Shown one piece after another: positions 12,215 through 25,750 of a stretch of 64,000 nt of DNA (its first letter is position 1; each line of letters starts with the position of its first letter). Source of the stretch: Ginglymostoma cirratum (Eukaryota); assembly GCA_024137785.1 (NCBI GenBank), contig JAHRHZ010000013.1, forward strand, positions 52,062,978 to 52,126,977, given 5' to 3'. The notes under the pieces were generated by a model. It made no database searches, was not told where the DNA came from, and saw nothing but the letters and a program-made list of their open reading frames with translations. The translations under genes were made by a program, and so were the position numbers.

Positions 12215-13531
12215 ATATTACAACACGGCCTGTGAACAGGCCCTTCAGCCCAACAAGACTGCACCGACACATGATAAAACAACATATAAAACAAATAACA
12301 GGGGTCCTAGCAATGATTCCTGTGGAAACCACTGGTCACAGATCTCCAGTCAGAAAAACACCCTTACACAGCTACTCTCTGACTTCTATGACTAAGCCAT
12401 TTCCACATCCATCTTACCTGCTCATGTGACTTCACCTTTTGTATCAGCCAGCCATGACAGTCCTTGTCAAAGGCCTTGTCCATATAGACAACATCCACTG
12501 TCCTGTCCTCATCATTTGTCTTTATCACTTCCTCAAAACATTCAATTGAATTTGTGAGGAATTAATTTTCCTGTACAAAGCCATGCTGCCTATCGCTAAT
12601 AAATCCTTACTTTTCCATATGTGAGTAAAGCCTATCCCTATGAATCTTCTCCGATAATTTCCCTCCCACCGATGCAAGGTTCACTGGCCTATAATTTCCT
12701 TCATTATCCCTGTTGCCCTTCTTAAACAAAGGAAGAGCTTTGGCTATTCTCCAGTCCTCAAGAGACCTCTCCTGTGACAGAGGACACAAGGATTTCGTAC
12801 AAAGCCCTATCAATTTCCTCACCTGCCTCCTTCAGCATTCTGGGATGGATCCCATCAGGTCCTGGGATCTGTCTCCCTTAATGCTTTTCAAAACACTCAA
12901 CATGTTTTTATATTGGCATCCTTTTTCACAATGACATGCCCTAAAATATCAACTCACTCCTCCCAAGGCTCACTATCCACCATGTCTTTCTCCTTTGTGA
13001 ATACTAATGCAAAGTATTTGTTAAGGACTTCACCCACTTCCTCCAGCTCCACGCATAAATTCCCTCCTTTGAGTGGACCTACCTTTTACTTAGCTACCCT
13101 CTTGCTCCTTATATGTGTATGAAATGCTTTGGGATTTTCCCTAATCCTGTTTGCCAAAGACATCTCATGGGTTTCCAACACATTTCCCAACCTACAAAAT
13201 GTATTTCACTGTATTTCTGCATTGATCTGCACATGTTTTTCTTCCCCCCTTTTTTTGGCCTTTCCACTCCCTTTCTGGCTTTTAAGATTCTTGTTAAAGT
13301 TTGCCACATCTTCCTCCATGTAATGACATCAGCAAATATTAATACTATTCACTCAACTCGCAACTTTCAGTCACTTGACAAGAGAAATTGAGAGCTTTTT
13401 AGCCTTCCTAATTCCTTGCTTGAGTTCTTTCCTGCAATGTTTGTACTCATTGCAGGCCCTGTCTGTATTTAGTTGCCCAAACCTTACATTTGCCTCATTT
13501 TTTCTATTTGACTAAGCTCTCAATTTCTCTT
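12215..13531 (-). mobile_element. CR1-clade LINE, deleted and interrupted
   Basis: EDWRIAKALPLFKKGNRDNEGNYRPVNLASV, plus a CR1 tail cggcctgtgaacaggcccttcagccc. Confidence 0.85.
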
Positions 13532-13741
13532 GACAAGTGACTGAAAGTTGCGAGTTGAGAGAATAGTATTAATATTTGCTGATGTCATTACATGGAGGAA
13601 GATGTGGCAAACTTTAATAAGAATTTTAAAAGCCAGAAAAGGAGTGGAAAGGCCAAAAAAAATGGGGAAGAAAAACATGAGCAGATCAATGCAGAAATAC
13701 AGTGAAATACATTTTGTAGGTTGGGAAACGTGTTGGAAACC
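13170..13741. repeat. Inverted duplication: 228-bp arms 13170-13397 and 13514-13741, 116-bp spacer
   Basis: Direct reverse-complement match with few substitutions, also visible as mirrored ORFs (MWQTL..ILKARKGVERPKK). Confidence 0.95.
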
Positions 13742-14875
13742 TAGCCGTTAGGGGAGCAGAAGGTTAATGACATGAAGATATACAGGTCATTAAAGGTATA
13801 ACAGAAGTAGACCATGCAACAACAGGTCAAATAAGATCTTTGGCTTTGCATCTTGAGACATAGAAAGAATGTACAAAACAAAAATGTGAATTTTGTTTAC
13901 CACACCTTAAATTTAACTGCAGTTTAAGTATTGGACTGAACTTTATAATCTTCCACACCATACTTCCCAATTGCTGCTGGCATGGGGGTGAGGGAGCTTG
14001 AAAAATAAAGCAGATGGTCTGTCCACTGCCTTCCACCTCATCCCAACGGCCTCCATACGATGTTGGGCAAGTAAAGCAGTCTGCCTGCCCTTAGCCATTT
14101 AAGGATCTTAACCATCCTTGACCTTAAAACAGATGGACTTATAAATTTGGAGCAGTTACAGGTAATTTTTCCTCTCGAGCCTGCTTTAGCATTTAATATG
14201 CTCATGTCTGATCTCATTATATCCTCAACTACACATGTTCATTTATCCCAATTAATGACCATTTAAGGGGCTCAATCTGCATTGGTTTCTGCAATACATG
14301 TGGTAGGGAAGGTGGAAGTAAGGTAGTAGTCCTCACTTTTCACTGTATTGGCTACTGTCAGGCAACACAGGCAAGCTACATCCATCGGGAGCGTCCTCTG
14401 TGTCCAACAGGGTGACCATCATCTCCGAAAATTAATTCCCCTTTCAAACAGACACCTCATCTCTAATACCACATACAAAATCGCCACCCCTCGATGTGTT
14501 AGATTCACCAACGCTTTCAGATTGCCTGAATTCCAGGATACACCAGTCTTCTGCTTCTTCAAGGATGACTGCAGTTCCAGCAGTGGGCACTACTCAATCA
14601 TGGTGATACTGAGTTGCAAGGCTGGCACCTTTCTATTGCGAGACTTTGACTTAAGGTTGTCCCAGCAGAGTATTGTTAAAAGGCAACCTGCTTTCAAGTG
14701 GGCAGGTTAGCAATGGACTTTTCAGTTGCGTCGAGCAGTAAATGTGCTCCCACGTGCACATAGTCTATTGTCTGTTGTTTTGGGCATCCTATTATGGAAA
14801 GTCTATATACGTAACTGAAAGTTAAGGTTATCCTTCATGATCGCTAAGAAGACCAAGGGGAGTTTGACTAAACTT

Positions 14876-15195
14876 GCAGCACAGTGGCTCAGTAGTTAGC
14901 ACTGCTGTCTCACAGCACCAGGGACCTAGGTTCGATTCCAGCCCCTGGCACCTGTGTGGAGTTGCACATTCTCCCCGTGTCTGTGTGGGTTTGCTCCGGT
15001 TTCCTCCCACAGTCCAAAGATGTGCAGGTTAGGTGGCTATGCTAAATTGCCCATAGTGTCCAGGGATGCAAGAATTTACCATGGGAAATACAGGGATAAG
15101 GTATAGGGGTGGGTCTGGATGGGATGGTCTTCGGAGGGTCGGAGTGGTCTGGAGGGGTCGAATGCCTGTTTCTACACTGTAAGGATTCTAAATTC
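14876..15195 (+). mobile_element. HE1-type V-SINE
   Basis: A box gtggctcagtagttag, B box ggttcgattcc, V-domain, gattcta tail. Confidence 0.92.
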
Positions 15196-15207
15196 TTCAC
15201 AAATATT

Positions 15208-15454
15208 GATAAGTACCATAAATTTTGATAGTTTTCAATGCCAATAATTCTAACGAGTGAAAACTTTTAAAATAATCAAACAAAGAAAAACAAAACATTA
15301 TACAGAAGATATCTGGAATGTGGAATTTTCTATTACACAGCATTATTATCAAGGTCCGTCCCAAATTAGTTTAAGACTAATACGAAAAAAAACCGTGACT
15401 AAAACAGTAAGATAAACCAGTTGGCTCATTGGGGAAAAAAGACATCCAGTACTT
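15208..15454. repeat. Inverted repeat arm A (partner 17137-17389)
   Basis: gataagtaccataaattttgatag...gacatccagtactt is the reverse complement of 17137-17389, over 90% identical by eye. Confidence 0.95.
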
Positions 15455-15661
15455 TCTGCTTTTAACCCAAGAACAGTGTATGGGCGAAGTGGCCAAATTA
15501 TGTATTGCAAGATTCAATGTCTAACACTGTGGAAATATTTTTGAGGGCAGAATTCTCCCAGCCCTTGAACCTCATAGGCAATTGCAAGGCAGCTGGGAAA
15601 ATATGCCGCGAATGGAAACGTGAAATTCTTCATCAAAATAAAGACGTATGTATCTCACTAG

Positions 15662-16015
15662 TTTTTTTTTCTTTATTAGTTCACGGGACGCGGGTGTCAC
15701 TGAACAGGCAGCATTTATTGCCCATCCCTAATTTCCCAGAGACCAGTTAAGAGTCAACCACATTGCTGTGGGTCTGGAGTCTCACGTAGGCCAGACCAGG
15801 TAAGGATGGCAGTTGCCTTCCCTAAAGGACATTAGTGGGTTTTTCTGGCAATTGACAATGGATTCATGGTCATCATTAGACTCTTAATTCCAGATATTTA
15901 TTGAATTCAAATTCCACCATCTGCCGTGGTGGGATTCGAACCCAGGTCCACAGAACATTATCTGGGTCTCTGGATTAACAGTCCAGCGATAATGCCGCGA
16001 GGTCATCGCCTCCCC
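15662..16015 (-). mobile_element. tRNA-derived SINE type B, near full length
   Basis: Minus-strand B box gggttcgaatccc, conserved core, gggatgggcaataaatgc tail and A-rich end. Confidence 0.85.
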
Positions 16016-16199
16016 TAGTGGGAGACAACAGGCCTATTTGCCTATTTTAATGTCTCATTTTTAACCTATTCTTGTGTCATTTCTATGCAGTTTGCTATTC
16101 TCCCACACCGTGGAGAGAAATTGCACAGCATCAATTCCTCACACGAACATCAGAGGGGTCAAGTTTGCTGCTTCCTCCTCCAGAGCTCTATCTCAGCTA

Positions 16200-16440
16200 G
16201 AATTCAATTTCAACCATCTGGACTTAAAGCCCACCTAATTGCAATCATGTAGTCATTGTCATGAAAAACCCATCTGGGTCACCAATGTGCTTCAGGGAAG
16301 GAAATCTGCCATCTTTATCAGGTATGGCCTACATTTGACTCCAGACCCACAACAATGTGGTTAGCTCTTAATTGCCTTTTAGAGATAGGCAATAAATACT
16401 AGCCTTACCATCAATGCCGAATTCTGCAGAAGAAGAAAAA
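16200..16440 (+). mobile_element. SINE type B, 5'-truncated
   Basis: cttcagggaaggaaatctgcc...gactccagacccac...ggcaataaatactagcc. Confidence 0.75.
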
Positions 16441-16739
16441 TTGTGCTCCCGCATTGAACAATGACAACATGTTATGCTGTGCTAGGTGCTAGGGAAAGAG
16501 TAGCACTCCCTTTGACAGGGTTCTAACATGGTGTGATGCTGAGGAGGGGTATCCTGGATGGCTTGATTCTTGTAGCTGCAATTACAATGACAGTCAAACA
16601 GATAGTGATGTAAAGTGGCAATACATTTACAAATGTTTCCTTCTATATACAATGAAGTGTCATTCCTGCTACTTATGTGCACCCAGGAGTTGTTCTTTTT
16701 TGCTTCCCTCACAATATATGTACTGTGAGGACTGGGATA

Positions 16740-17020
16740 TAGGAACATAAGAAACAGGAACTCTATTCAGCCATTGTGCCTGCCCCACCATTCAGTATGA
16801 TCATAGCTTATTGAACATTTCATGCCTTTTCCTCACTTCATCCTCATAACCCTGCACAGTACAGGTAATCAGAAATTTATCAATCTCAACCTTAAATAAA
16901 CTCAAAGTCTGAGCCTCCACAGCCCTCCATGGTCGAGAATTCCAAAGCATAAAAACCTTGAGTAAAATAATTTCTCTTTACCTTGGACTTAAGTGGCAAC
17001 CCCCTTATTTTTAAATTGTG
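16740..17020 (-). mobile_element. CR1 3' end, decayed
   Basis: gaacataagaaacagg tail and cctccacagccctc...gagaattccaaa. Confidence 0.65.
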
Positions 17021-17136
17021 ATTGGTAGCAACTGACCTGTGCACGGCTGGGCATTAAATACAGTGCCAGCAGTGGAAATCCCAGAAGGTCCCGACAGTGG
17101 TGCGCATTTCTGCCATTGGTGAGCTCACAATAGGAC

Positions 17137-17389
17137 AAGTACTGGATGTCTTTTCTCCCCACTGAGCCAGATGTTTTTTATCTTACTGTTTTAGTCACAC
17201 GGTTTTGTTTAGTATTAGTGTTAAATTAATTTGGGACGGAACTTGATAACAACGCTGTGTAATAGAAAATTCCACATTCCAGAAATCTTCTGTATAATGT
17301 TTTGTTTTTCTTTGTTTGATTATTTTAAAAGTTTTCACTCATGTTAGAATTATTGGCATTGAAAACTATCAAAATTTATGGTACTTATC
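17137..17389. repeat. Inverted repeat arm B (partner 15208-15454)
   Basis: Reverse complement of arm A. Confidence 0.95.
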
Positions 17390-17391
17390 TC

Positions 17392-17550
17392 CCTCGGGTC
17401 AATGACTTCATTGGAGCCATTCTGATGATAGATCATTGCATGGAAACATTTGTTCTGTTCCCCTCCACAGATGCCACCTGACCCGCTGAGATGTTGTAAC
17501 CTTTTGTTTTGTTCTTTCTCAGAGTTCTAGTAGCTGAAGTATTTTTCCGT
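17392..17550 (+). mobile_element. PLE family 3 pseudo-LTR remnant
   Basis: Degenerate ttctgatga...gaaacatt followed by ctccacagatgccacctgacccgctgag. Confidence 0.6.
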
Positions 17551-19691
17551 TGCTGAAGTATACCTCAGTTAGAAGAGGAATCAAACCTATGCTATTGGCA
17601 TTTTTCTGGAACACATGCAAGCCACTTAGACTAATTGTTCCCCAACCTAAATGTATAACCTACCATTTAATGAACAGATCATTCCTGTCTTTGTCTTTCT
17701 CTTCCTTTTACAAAATGCGCTAAATACAACCATGAGGACAAGTGGCTGACTGGGAAATTAACTGGAACACCAGGAAGATAGACCTTCCTTGAATTTTTCT
17801 TCTTTTCTTCCATGATTCCAATTTGATGACCCCAATGAAGTCAAGAGTTGCTTATCAAAAGTATGAGACGATTGCAGGCATAGACCTCAAAATGCATACA
17901 CTGTATCTCAAAATGCCTACACTGCTTTTGTGTCAAGTCAAGACTTTGTACCCTGATTCACCTCCAGAGCCTGTCACTTTAATTAACTTAGAACAGCCTG
18001 AGGCTGAGGCAATTCTAGCAGAATGGTGACAATTCGATGCTGTCCATTGTATTGCAGAAGCTATTTCAGAGTTCCAGCTTTGATATATAAGCCTTTATAC
18101 AAAGGCAGGATATCTTAAATTCATAAACAGGTTCACTCTAACCACTGCAATGGATTACATTCTATCACCTTAGCGGCATTTCATTGCCCATTTTGTTTTC
18201 AAACAGGAATCATCAGCCTGCTGACTGAATCCACAGAAGATGTAATTTCAATGCAATTACCATGCTATTACAATATCTCATTCTCAATTCACGAGAGGCA
18301 GGAGTGCAGTTTTATTGTCTAGAAATTCTTTATCAATCAATGATCTCTTGCTCAATTAAATCTCTATTCTATCTAAATGCATTTTTCTAAACTGCTTTGC
18401 GACTTCCAGCTAAGCTCATTAGTCCCAGTTTTCTGAGCTGGGGAAATCGGGGCTACTTTAATCTATGATGTGTGTGCGTCTCGTTTGTCAATAGGGATTG
18501 GCTTAACCTTAATGTGTTAAAAAGCAAGATGTTTCCTGTCATTAAAATGCACACGGTGAATCCAGTTTGAAAAATGTACAAGGACTGGATGGTTGGCTGC
18601 TGGATAGAAAACTGGGGTGTGCCAGTTGTATGGGCATCATGTATATGATGAGGCCAGTTCTAAAGATTTCTACCTTCAGTAGTGAATCTACTACGATATA
18701 AGTTCATATTGAAATTGTTTAGTGTTACAAAACCCACTTCTAAAATCACAGGTGCAAAATGTATGGGTGGATGTCAACTGAGCCACTTCTATCATATGTG
18801 GGCACAAACCTGTTGAATGATCAGAATGGACTGCCATGGAAATTACAGACACCTTAGTGGTGCAGTCTTCACTCATCCAAGAATGGATCAAATTAAATAT
18901 TCATTGGCAACACCCTAGAAAAAAAGTGAAAACTATATTTGATGCAAAGGGCTGCAGCAAGTACATATTATGGACTCTTTATTGTAATATTTCTTCACTG
19001 GACCATCACAGTGTTGAACAAGAATATTTGACAAAAGATGTCGCAATCTCAGGTGATGTGAGAAAAATGTCACAGGGATAGAGTGTCAGTGGAAAGGGAT
19101 AAATGGGTGCTATCTGGTGTGGGTCAGGTACTTGTTGCTAAGTGGTGTCACAGGCTTCATTTTATTTACTACAAGAGTATTTTTGATGGAGTCATATGCT
19201 AATTTTCCAATAAAACAGTAATTATTTATTCAGTACTGCTGTATGATGCAGGTGGCATGGAATAATGATTGAAAATTAACATGATTGTACAGGATCATAT
19301 TTCTGTTATCTGAAATGACTAGATTTATGACATTAGTATCCAATTCTGCAGATGTATGGCACCATGGTCAAGATATGGGTTTGAACTACAACGTCCTGCA
19401 CTTTTTGGAAACCTCTCAGGTACTAAAGAGTCAATGCTTTTTTCAGGTGCTGTCACTCTTCCCTTGGAAAAATGATAAAAGGGTTTCCGTTGGAAAACCT
19501 GGCATCAGACAATGGTCTCTACAGGAATTAAAATAGACCAAATTAAGAGGCAAATGTCACCTATGCTGACCTCGAAGGTTTTGTTGTGCAGATCTTCAAT
19601 GTTGCAGTGACCTTCACAGCTGCAGGAGAAGTGTCCCACCATTATCAAGCTTCACATAATTGGCCAAGAGGATGCTTTGGTTTTCCGTAAC

Positions 19692-19845
19692 AGAGTCGTA
19701 GAGTCACAGAGTCATACAGTGTGGAAACAGACCCTTCAGTCCAACTTGTCCATGCCAACCAGATATCCTAAACTGATTTGGTCCCATTTGCCAGCATTTG
19801 ATCGATATCCTTCTAAATACTTCCTATTCATGTACCCAACCAGGA
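19692..19845 (-). mobile_element. CR1 3' terminus
   Basis: agagtcat-type tail repeats and ggaaacagacccttcagtccaac; reverse complement of 50850-50985. Confidence 0.85.
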
Positions 19846-19889
19846 TGGAAGGATTGGCAAGTGTGGACCAGTGTGGTGCATGGAAGTTT

Positions 19890-20800
19890 GCCTGGGAACC
19901 AGAGTTTGATAAGGTGCTCACAGATTTCTTCCAGTGTGATGTTGTTCAGGATGTCTTCTCCCTTCTTCCTCCTCCTCCTTCACTTCCTGAGGTGTTTACT
20001 AAATGCTCGGTGGTAAAGTTTGTGCTTTAATCTTTCCCGTATTGAAGAGGCTACGACAAGCCATTACAAATCGTGAGACATGCTTTAGTGATTATTGGTG
20101 AGCTCTTCTTGATCAGTCCAGAGAGCAGAAGAAGGTGATGACCTCTTTCAAGACATTTCTCATTGCAGCATGGCTCTCACTGTAACAGCATGTTAGTGTC
20201 GGTGATGGAAGAAATCATTAGGTACTATGTATAGTGGAGAGCCCTTGCTGCTGAGCAGCTACCCTGCGTTTTTTAAAGTAGTGATTCAAAAAATGACTTC
20301 TGATGTGAGAGAAGTGCATTATCACTGAAGCATTCAGCATCATTACGCTCTGAGTGTGGTTGCAGAGCCAAAATCAACGACTTTCTGCATCGTTGGTAAT
20401 CCTAATAAAAGACTTGTGTGTACTCTTCTTTCTTCACTTTTCTTAGGAAGAGAACAAAGAGAACAAAGTTCCCTTCTCTTTGGGTGAAGGGCTTTGCTGA
20501 CCCTCTCTGCAGCAATGGGTGGAAAACTGAAAAAAATTGACAGTGCCCTCATTTCCAGTCTGCAAGGATCGTCAGGTAAGGCTAAAGGTGACTTTGACAG
20601 CTACTGGCAATGCCATCCTAGCCCTGATCTTATAGCTCTAAGTCCGGTGAGAGGAGGCAATGCAGTTCATTGAATAACCTCTTTGGTGAATTCCAGCCAT
20701 CTTGAACACAGGTCCTGGCTGAGTTACAGAAAGGAGAATGCTTTCTGAAGGTCGCTAACTGTGTATGCCTTCAGCTGATATGTCTCTTCTCCCTTTCTCT
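19890..20800 (-). pseudogene. PIF/Harbinger (HARBI1-like) transposase remnant
   Basis: Across frames: SFL.LS...EFTKEV..LL, ALPVAVKVT, a degenerate GWLLGDKGYP equivalent, an acidic tail and EICEHLIKLWF. Confidence 0.7.
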
Positions 20801-23800
20801 TAAGTAGGCTTTCCTCTCTACTGCATCTGATCCAGTGCTGTCATACTGTCATGCAAGAGGAACTGAAAGAAAACCCTATGACTGAGCAATTTTCTGCTCA
20901 AATGCCTTTCAAATCTGTAGCATAATTGCAAATGTCCAACAGCATTCTGTTTTAAATCAAATAATTTGCGTGAGCTCCTCCAACAACAGTGTTCCATGAA
21001 CAGTCACTTGATGATACAGAATGTGAACACTGCTAAAAAGAGAGACATGCTGTCAAAGCTGTTCATTTTGTTTTCACAGGAAAGATGCAAGAATGCCAAA
21101 TTTCAAAAGATTGCAACAATTTGCATTAGATGAGAAAAAGGGTGCTGATTGATTGCCAAGTTGATTCTGCAAATCCTGACCCTACACAAGGTTGGAAATA
21201 GCCACCCAATGATTCTTGGCAAACTGTCCAATTTTGGCTAAAGGGTTCACTCGCTATCAAATTAAAATCTGAGAGTAGAGGGTTGCTCAGTTTGGAGGAC
21301 CAATAATAGTTCCTTCAATGATGTTACATTGGCAGCTTAACTACTTAAGGTAAAATGTACTGATCACGTGAGACAGTGAGAAAAAGAGAAATGGAGGTAA
21401 AGGTTTCTTTTGAAGATAATGTAAATTAGATTAGTTTAAAATTACTCGTTGCTGCATTGTGGTGATAGTGAAGGGCAAATCAATCCACAAGCCATAGCTG
21501 CAGCTAAATGAGGATAATGGGTGCAGCAGGGGATTCTAGCTGTTTCTGCCTCCTCGCCATCTCCCGCTTGGTGGTCATCTCTTCTCGCTGGCCATTTTTT
21601 AACCCTGGTATGGAGCCTCAGGTGCTGATTGGATAACTCTAGCAGGTACAGGAAACGAAGCTTCTTAGTTATTCCTTGGCTTCCTGCAAACTAGCATGCT
21701 GGCCGGTGTCATTAAATTCTGGGCCTGTCATCTCGCAAATCCTGCCCCTTTTTCCTACCCTTGCATGGTTTCACTTTTACTCAGCTTGTCTGAGAAGCAC
21801 AGATATATTTCTGTGTAAAATGTATAAACTGTTCATCCAGAAGAGTCTCATGTTAATGACCATACATCATAGCATGTCACAACAAAAAAAAAAATCACAT
21901 TTGTCTCACATGAAAAGCCACATAGCATAAAATGATGTGAGCCCTCTCATCAGATGACAGGATCGTTTTAGGAACTGAGATCAACTTTACAGCTCTCCAA
22001 GAGAGTGACAATGACCCTTTAATGATTTCATTATAGTATAATTATTCCTTCAATGTTTCTGTATATTGTAGAACAGTAAAATGGTCACTGTTGGAATAAC
22101 TTCACAGCTGGTGGTTTCAATGATTGGAACTGCTCACTAGTTCTTTCTGAGCCACCTGATTAAAGTTGTTTGAAAGAAAACAGAGAAAGTGATGACACTG
22201 TGTTGCAAGCAGTTCTTTTTGCATCATGTTAACTAGATTTATAACACAGGCTTGACTAGCTACAATAATATTGAACTGATATTGTTGGACAATATCTAGC
22301 AGTCAGGAGGAAGCAAAGACACACTGTATAAACATGTGTGGCCTTCAATGCACCATAGCACCAAGAGTTGGTTGGACATTCAGGTATGTCATTTGCAAAG
22401 GGTATTCCTCATCAGCCAGTGAAGGACAATTACTGTATAGTCATTTTAATCAATCTGTTCAGATACGTTATATCATGTCACTGGGGCAGGTGAGATCTGC
22501 CGAAGGTCAGGGCACTATCATTATGTCATGGGACCCTCCATTTCTTGCATATATTTGTGTTAAAGTCTCTGATTACCTGGAATCTGGAAAATTTCAGGCC
22601 ATTATAACAAACCACATGACTTGAGTGTTAATTTCTTGTCTGTCCAAGGGATATTGCTGATATTGAGTTTCTGCCACATTTATTTGTCTAACAATTACAG
22701 TGTTCCAAAAGAAATTAACTGCGCAAATTCTTTTGAGACATTTCAACATGATAAGGGACTACATAAGTTCAAATTTTGTTATTGATGGATAAAAGAACAA
22801 TAAAGTAGATCATTGTGCTGGCTGTGCAATATTTATTTTCTATTTGGATACATGAAGATAAAAAGAAATCCTATTACATAAAATGCAATGTAAAAATTGT
22901 AGAGAAATTTCCTTTCCTTTCACAGCAATGCTAAGCTATCTTAGAGATAAAGCACAAAAAAATTAAAATACTAATCATTCCAATGCAAGAGGTTGGGAGA
23001 GAAAGGCAGAGGATTTTGCATTTTACTCTGATCGTTCAAATTTCTGTTAGGAAGCTTACACCCAAAAATGTATGGTTTGATAGCAATTAGATGTGTAACA
23101 AATACTGGCTTGCTCCTACATCTTTAGAACAAATTCAAAAATCACAATAAAGCATTTATTCAAACCGTATTTAAACCTAACCCCTCATGGTTCAATCATG
23201 TGATAGATTTTACAAAATAGCACTTCTGTGCAGTTTTGGTAAAAATGTTTAGCATGTCTTTTGTTATTTTTCCCCTTTACAAGGGAACATTGTGTCAAAA
23301 ATCTCTGCATCAGGAAAGTCAATTTATAAAATCTACACCTCATCTCCTATGGGCAAGTGCCAATCCTAAATGTTAGGAAATTAATTAAATTTCCATTTGT
23401 TTCCATTATTCCACTGTGTACTGGTGTTTTCTTATTAACACATGATATTTCCTCTGTGTTAGTAGCATTGAGCACTTGAGTCTCTAATATCTCTACAACC
23501 TACAATCCTATTTCTACACATGTATTTACTGATTCTTTTTTTGAAAGAGTTAATCATCAAAGTTTTATTTTGCTAGGAGTCTATGCTATATATTCATTAA
23601 ATTTTGAGGAGGATACCATTATTCGAATCTGCATACTCTATTGAGGCTCATTAACTTTGTACATGTATCCATTAGGTCTTGTTCAATGTTGAAATTACAT
23701 CTACTTTGCCTATGCATTTTCTGGTTTTGAAAGTTTCAACTTGAAACCATAGTCTTTTCTCTACTTAACAACATTCACCCCGTGACTCTTTATGGAACAC

Positions 23801-24139
23801 TTTATGCTGGAATCATCTTTGTCTTTCTGCTCTGAGATCCCACCTCCGTCCCTCCAATGTGTCTTACCGCTGATATTTGGAAGATTTACTGCCAAATACT
23901 CCACATAACATCTTAAATGTGGCCTCATAAGTGTTGTATATTGGATAAGAAATACCTTTTCAACTTAAAGCTAAATGTTCTCCATTTAAAATATTTTCCA
24001 AAAGACACCAAGGATGAACACAGAAGAATAATTCTAAAAAACATCGATCCACAAAAGGCTCAGCAAAGTTTTGGTGAAAGGCTGTTGACCTGAAAGGTTA
24101 ACTCTGTAGATGAAGATGTCATCTGACCTTTATTTTTAT

Positions 24140-24460
24140 GCATTAATTGGAGGGTGGGCACCAACAGCCAAGTGAGGGCTTCTTGCACATCCCCAAATGC
24201 CCTGGAAAAGCTGGTGGTGAGCTGCTTTCTTGAACCGCTGTATTCATTGGGAATAGGGACACTACAATGCTGCTTCAAAGGGATTTCCAGGATTTTGATC
24301 CAATGACTACAACAGGGCAGAGATATAGCTCCAAGTCAGGATGGTGTGAGGGTTGAAGGGGAACGTCACACACATTTTTTCGCACATTGGCAGTCCTTGT
24401 TCGGCTAAGTGGTAGAGTTTGGAAAGTGCTGTCGGAGGAGTCTTGGTGAATACTTATAGC
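24140..24460 (-). mobile_element. Second LINE family 3' end
   Basis: gctggtggtgagctgctttcttgaaccgctg...ttccaggattttga...ccaagtcaggatggtgtg. Confidence 0.7.
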
Positions 24461-24599
24461 AATTTCTTATTTCTATTTTAGCAAAATATCTATTTGGTAC
24501 TTCTCCACACCAATTCCTCTCTATCTAAAAATCTCATACAGTGCGTCAAGCAAATGAATGAATAGTGAAAGTAAATGGGACATCAGTAAATTGACAGAA

Positions 24600-25750
24600 C
24601 ATAGATCCTAGAGTCATAGATAGAGTCATGGAGTCATACAGCACGGAACCAGACCCTTCAGTCCAATTTGTCCATGCAGACCAAGTTTCCCAAACTAAAC
24701 TAGACCTACTTGCCTACATTTGGCCCATATCACTCTAAACCTTTCCTATTCATGTACTTGTCCATATGTCCTTTAAATGTTGTAACTGTACCCACATCTA
24801 CAACTTCCTCTAGCAGTTCATTCCACATATGAACCACTCTCTGTGTGAAAAGGTTGCCCCCTCAGGTCACTTTTAGAACTTTCTCTTTTCACCTTAAAAA
24901 TATAGAGCCTTTAGTTTTGAACTCCCTTACCTTGGGGAAAAGACATTTGCCATTCAATTTATCTATGCCCCTCATGATTTTGTAAACCTCTTTAAAGTCA
25001 CCCTTCAACCTCCTATGCTCCAATGAAAACAAAATCCCAGTGTATCCAGCCTCTCGTTATAACTGAAACTTTCCAGTCTCAGCAACATCCTGAGAAATCT
25101 TTTCTGAACCCTGTCCAATTTAATAATACCCTTCCTAGAGCCTCTCCAACTCTCTGGGCTAGAGAATTCCAGACATTCACCACCCGCTGAGTAAAGAAAT
25201 TCTTTTGCATCTCAGTTTTAAATGAGTATCCCTTATTTTGTACCTATGCCTCCTAATTCAAGATTTCCTCATTAGTGGAAATGTCTTCTCATCATCTACC
25301 TTGTCAAGCCCCCTCAGAATCTTTTATGTTACAATAAGTTCACCCCGTTCTTCTAAACTTTAACGAATAAAGGCCTAGCCTATTTAGCCATTCTTAATAA
25401 GTCCCACCTTGATCCCCAAAATAAATCAAGTGAATCACTTTTCAACTGCCTCCAGTGCTAGTCCATACTTTTAAAATACCAAGACTAAAGATGTGTACAG
25501 TATTCTGGGTGTGGTGTCCAAAAACCCTGTATAGTTGTAATAACACTTCCTTAATTTTAAACCCCATTCCCCCCAGTAATAAAGGCCAAAATTCCATTTG
25601 TCCCCTTAATCACATCCTGTACCTGCATGTTAATTATTTGTGTTTCATACACAAGAACATTCAAATCCCTATAATGCTGCACTTCTGGAGTCCCACTCCA
25701 GTTAAATGATAGTCTGCCTTTTGATTCTTCATATCCAAGTGCATGACCAT
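24600..25750 (-). mobile_element. Two adjacent CR1 3' fragments
   Basis: agagtcat tail repeats at 24610-24640; RT C-terminal sequence; junction between the two copies at about 25140. Confidence 0.8.

Noticed and set aside
14876-14950. tRNA-like A/B box sequences here and at the other SINE heads
   Set aside because: Each continues directly into a SINE body with no clean cloverleaf, so these are not tRNA genes
13170-17389. Inverted duplications as assembly artefacts
   Set aside because: The arms differ by scattered substitutions and indels, which fits real aged duplications better; read support would still be needed
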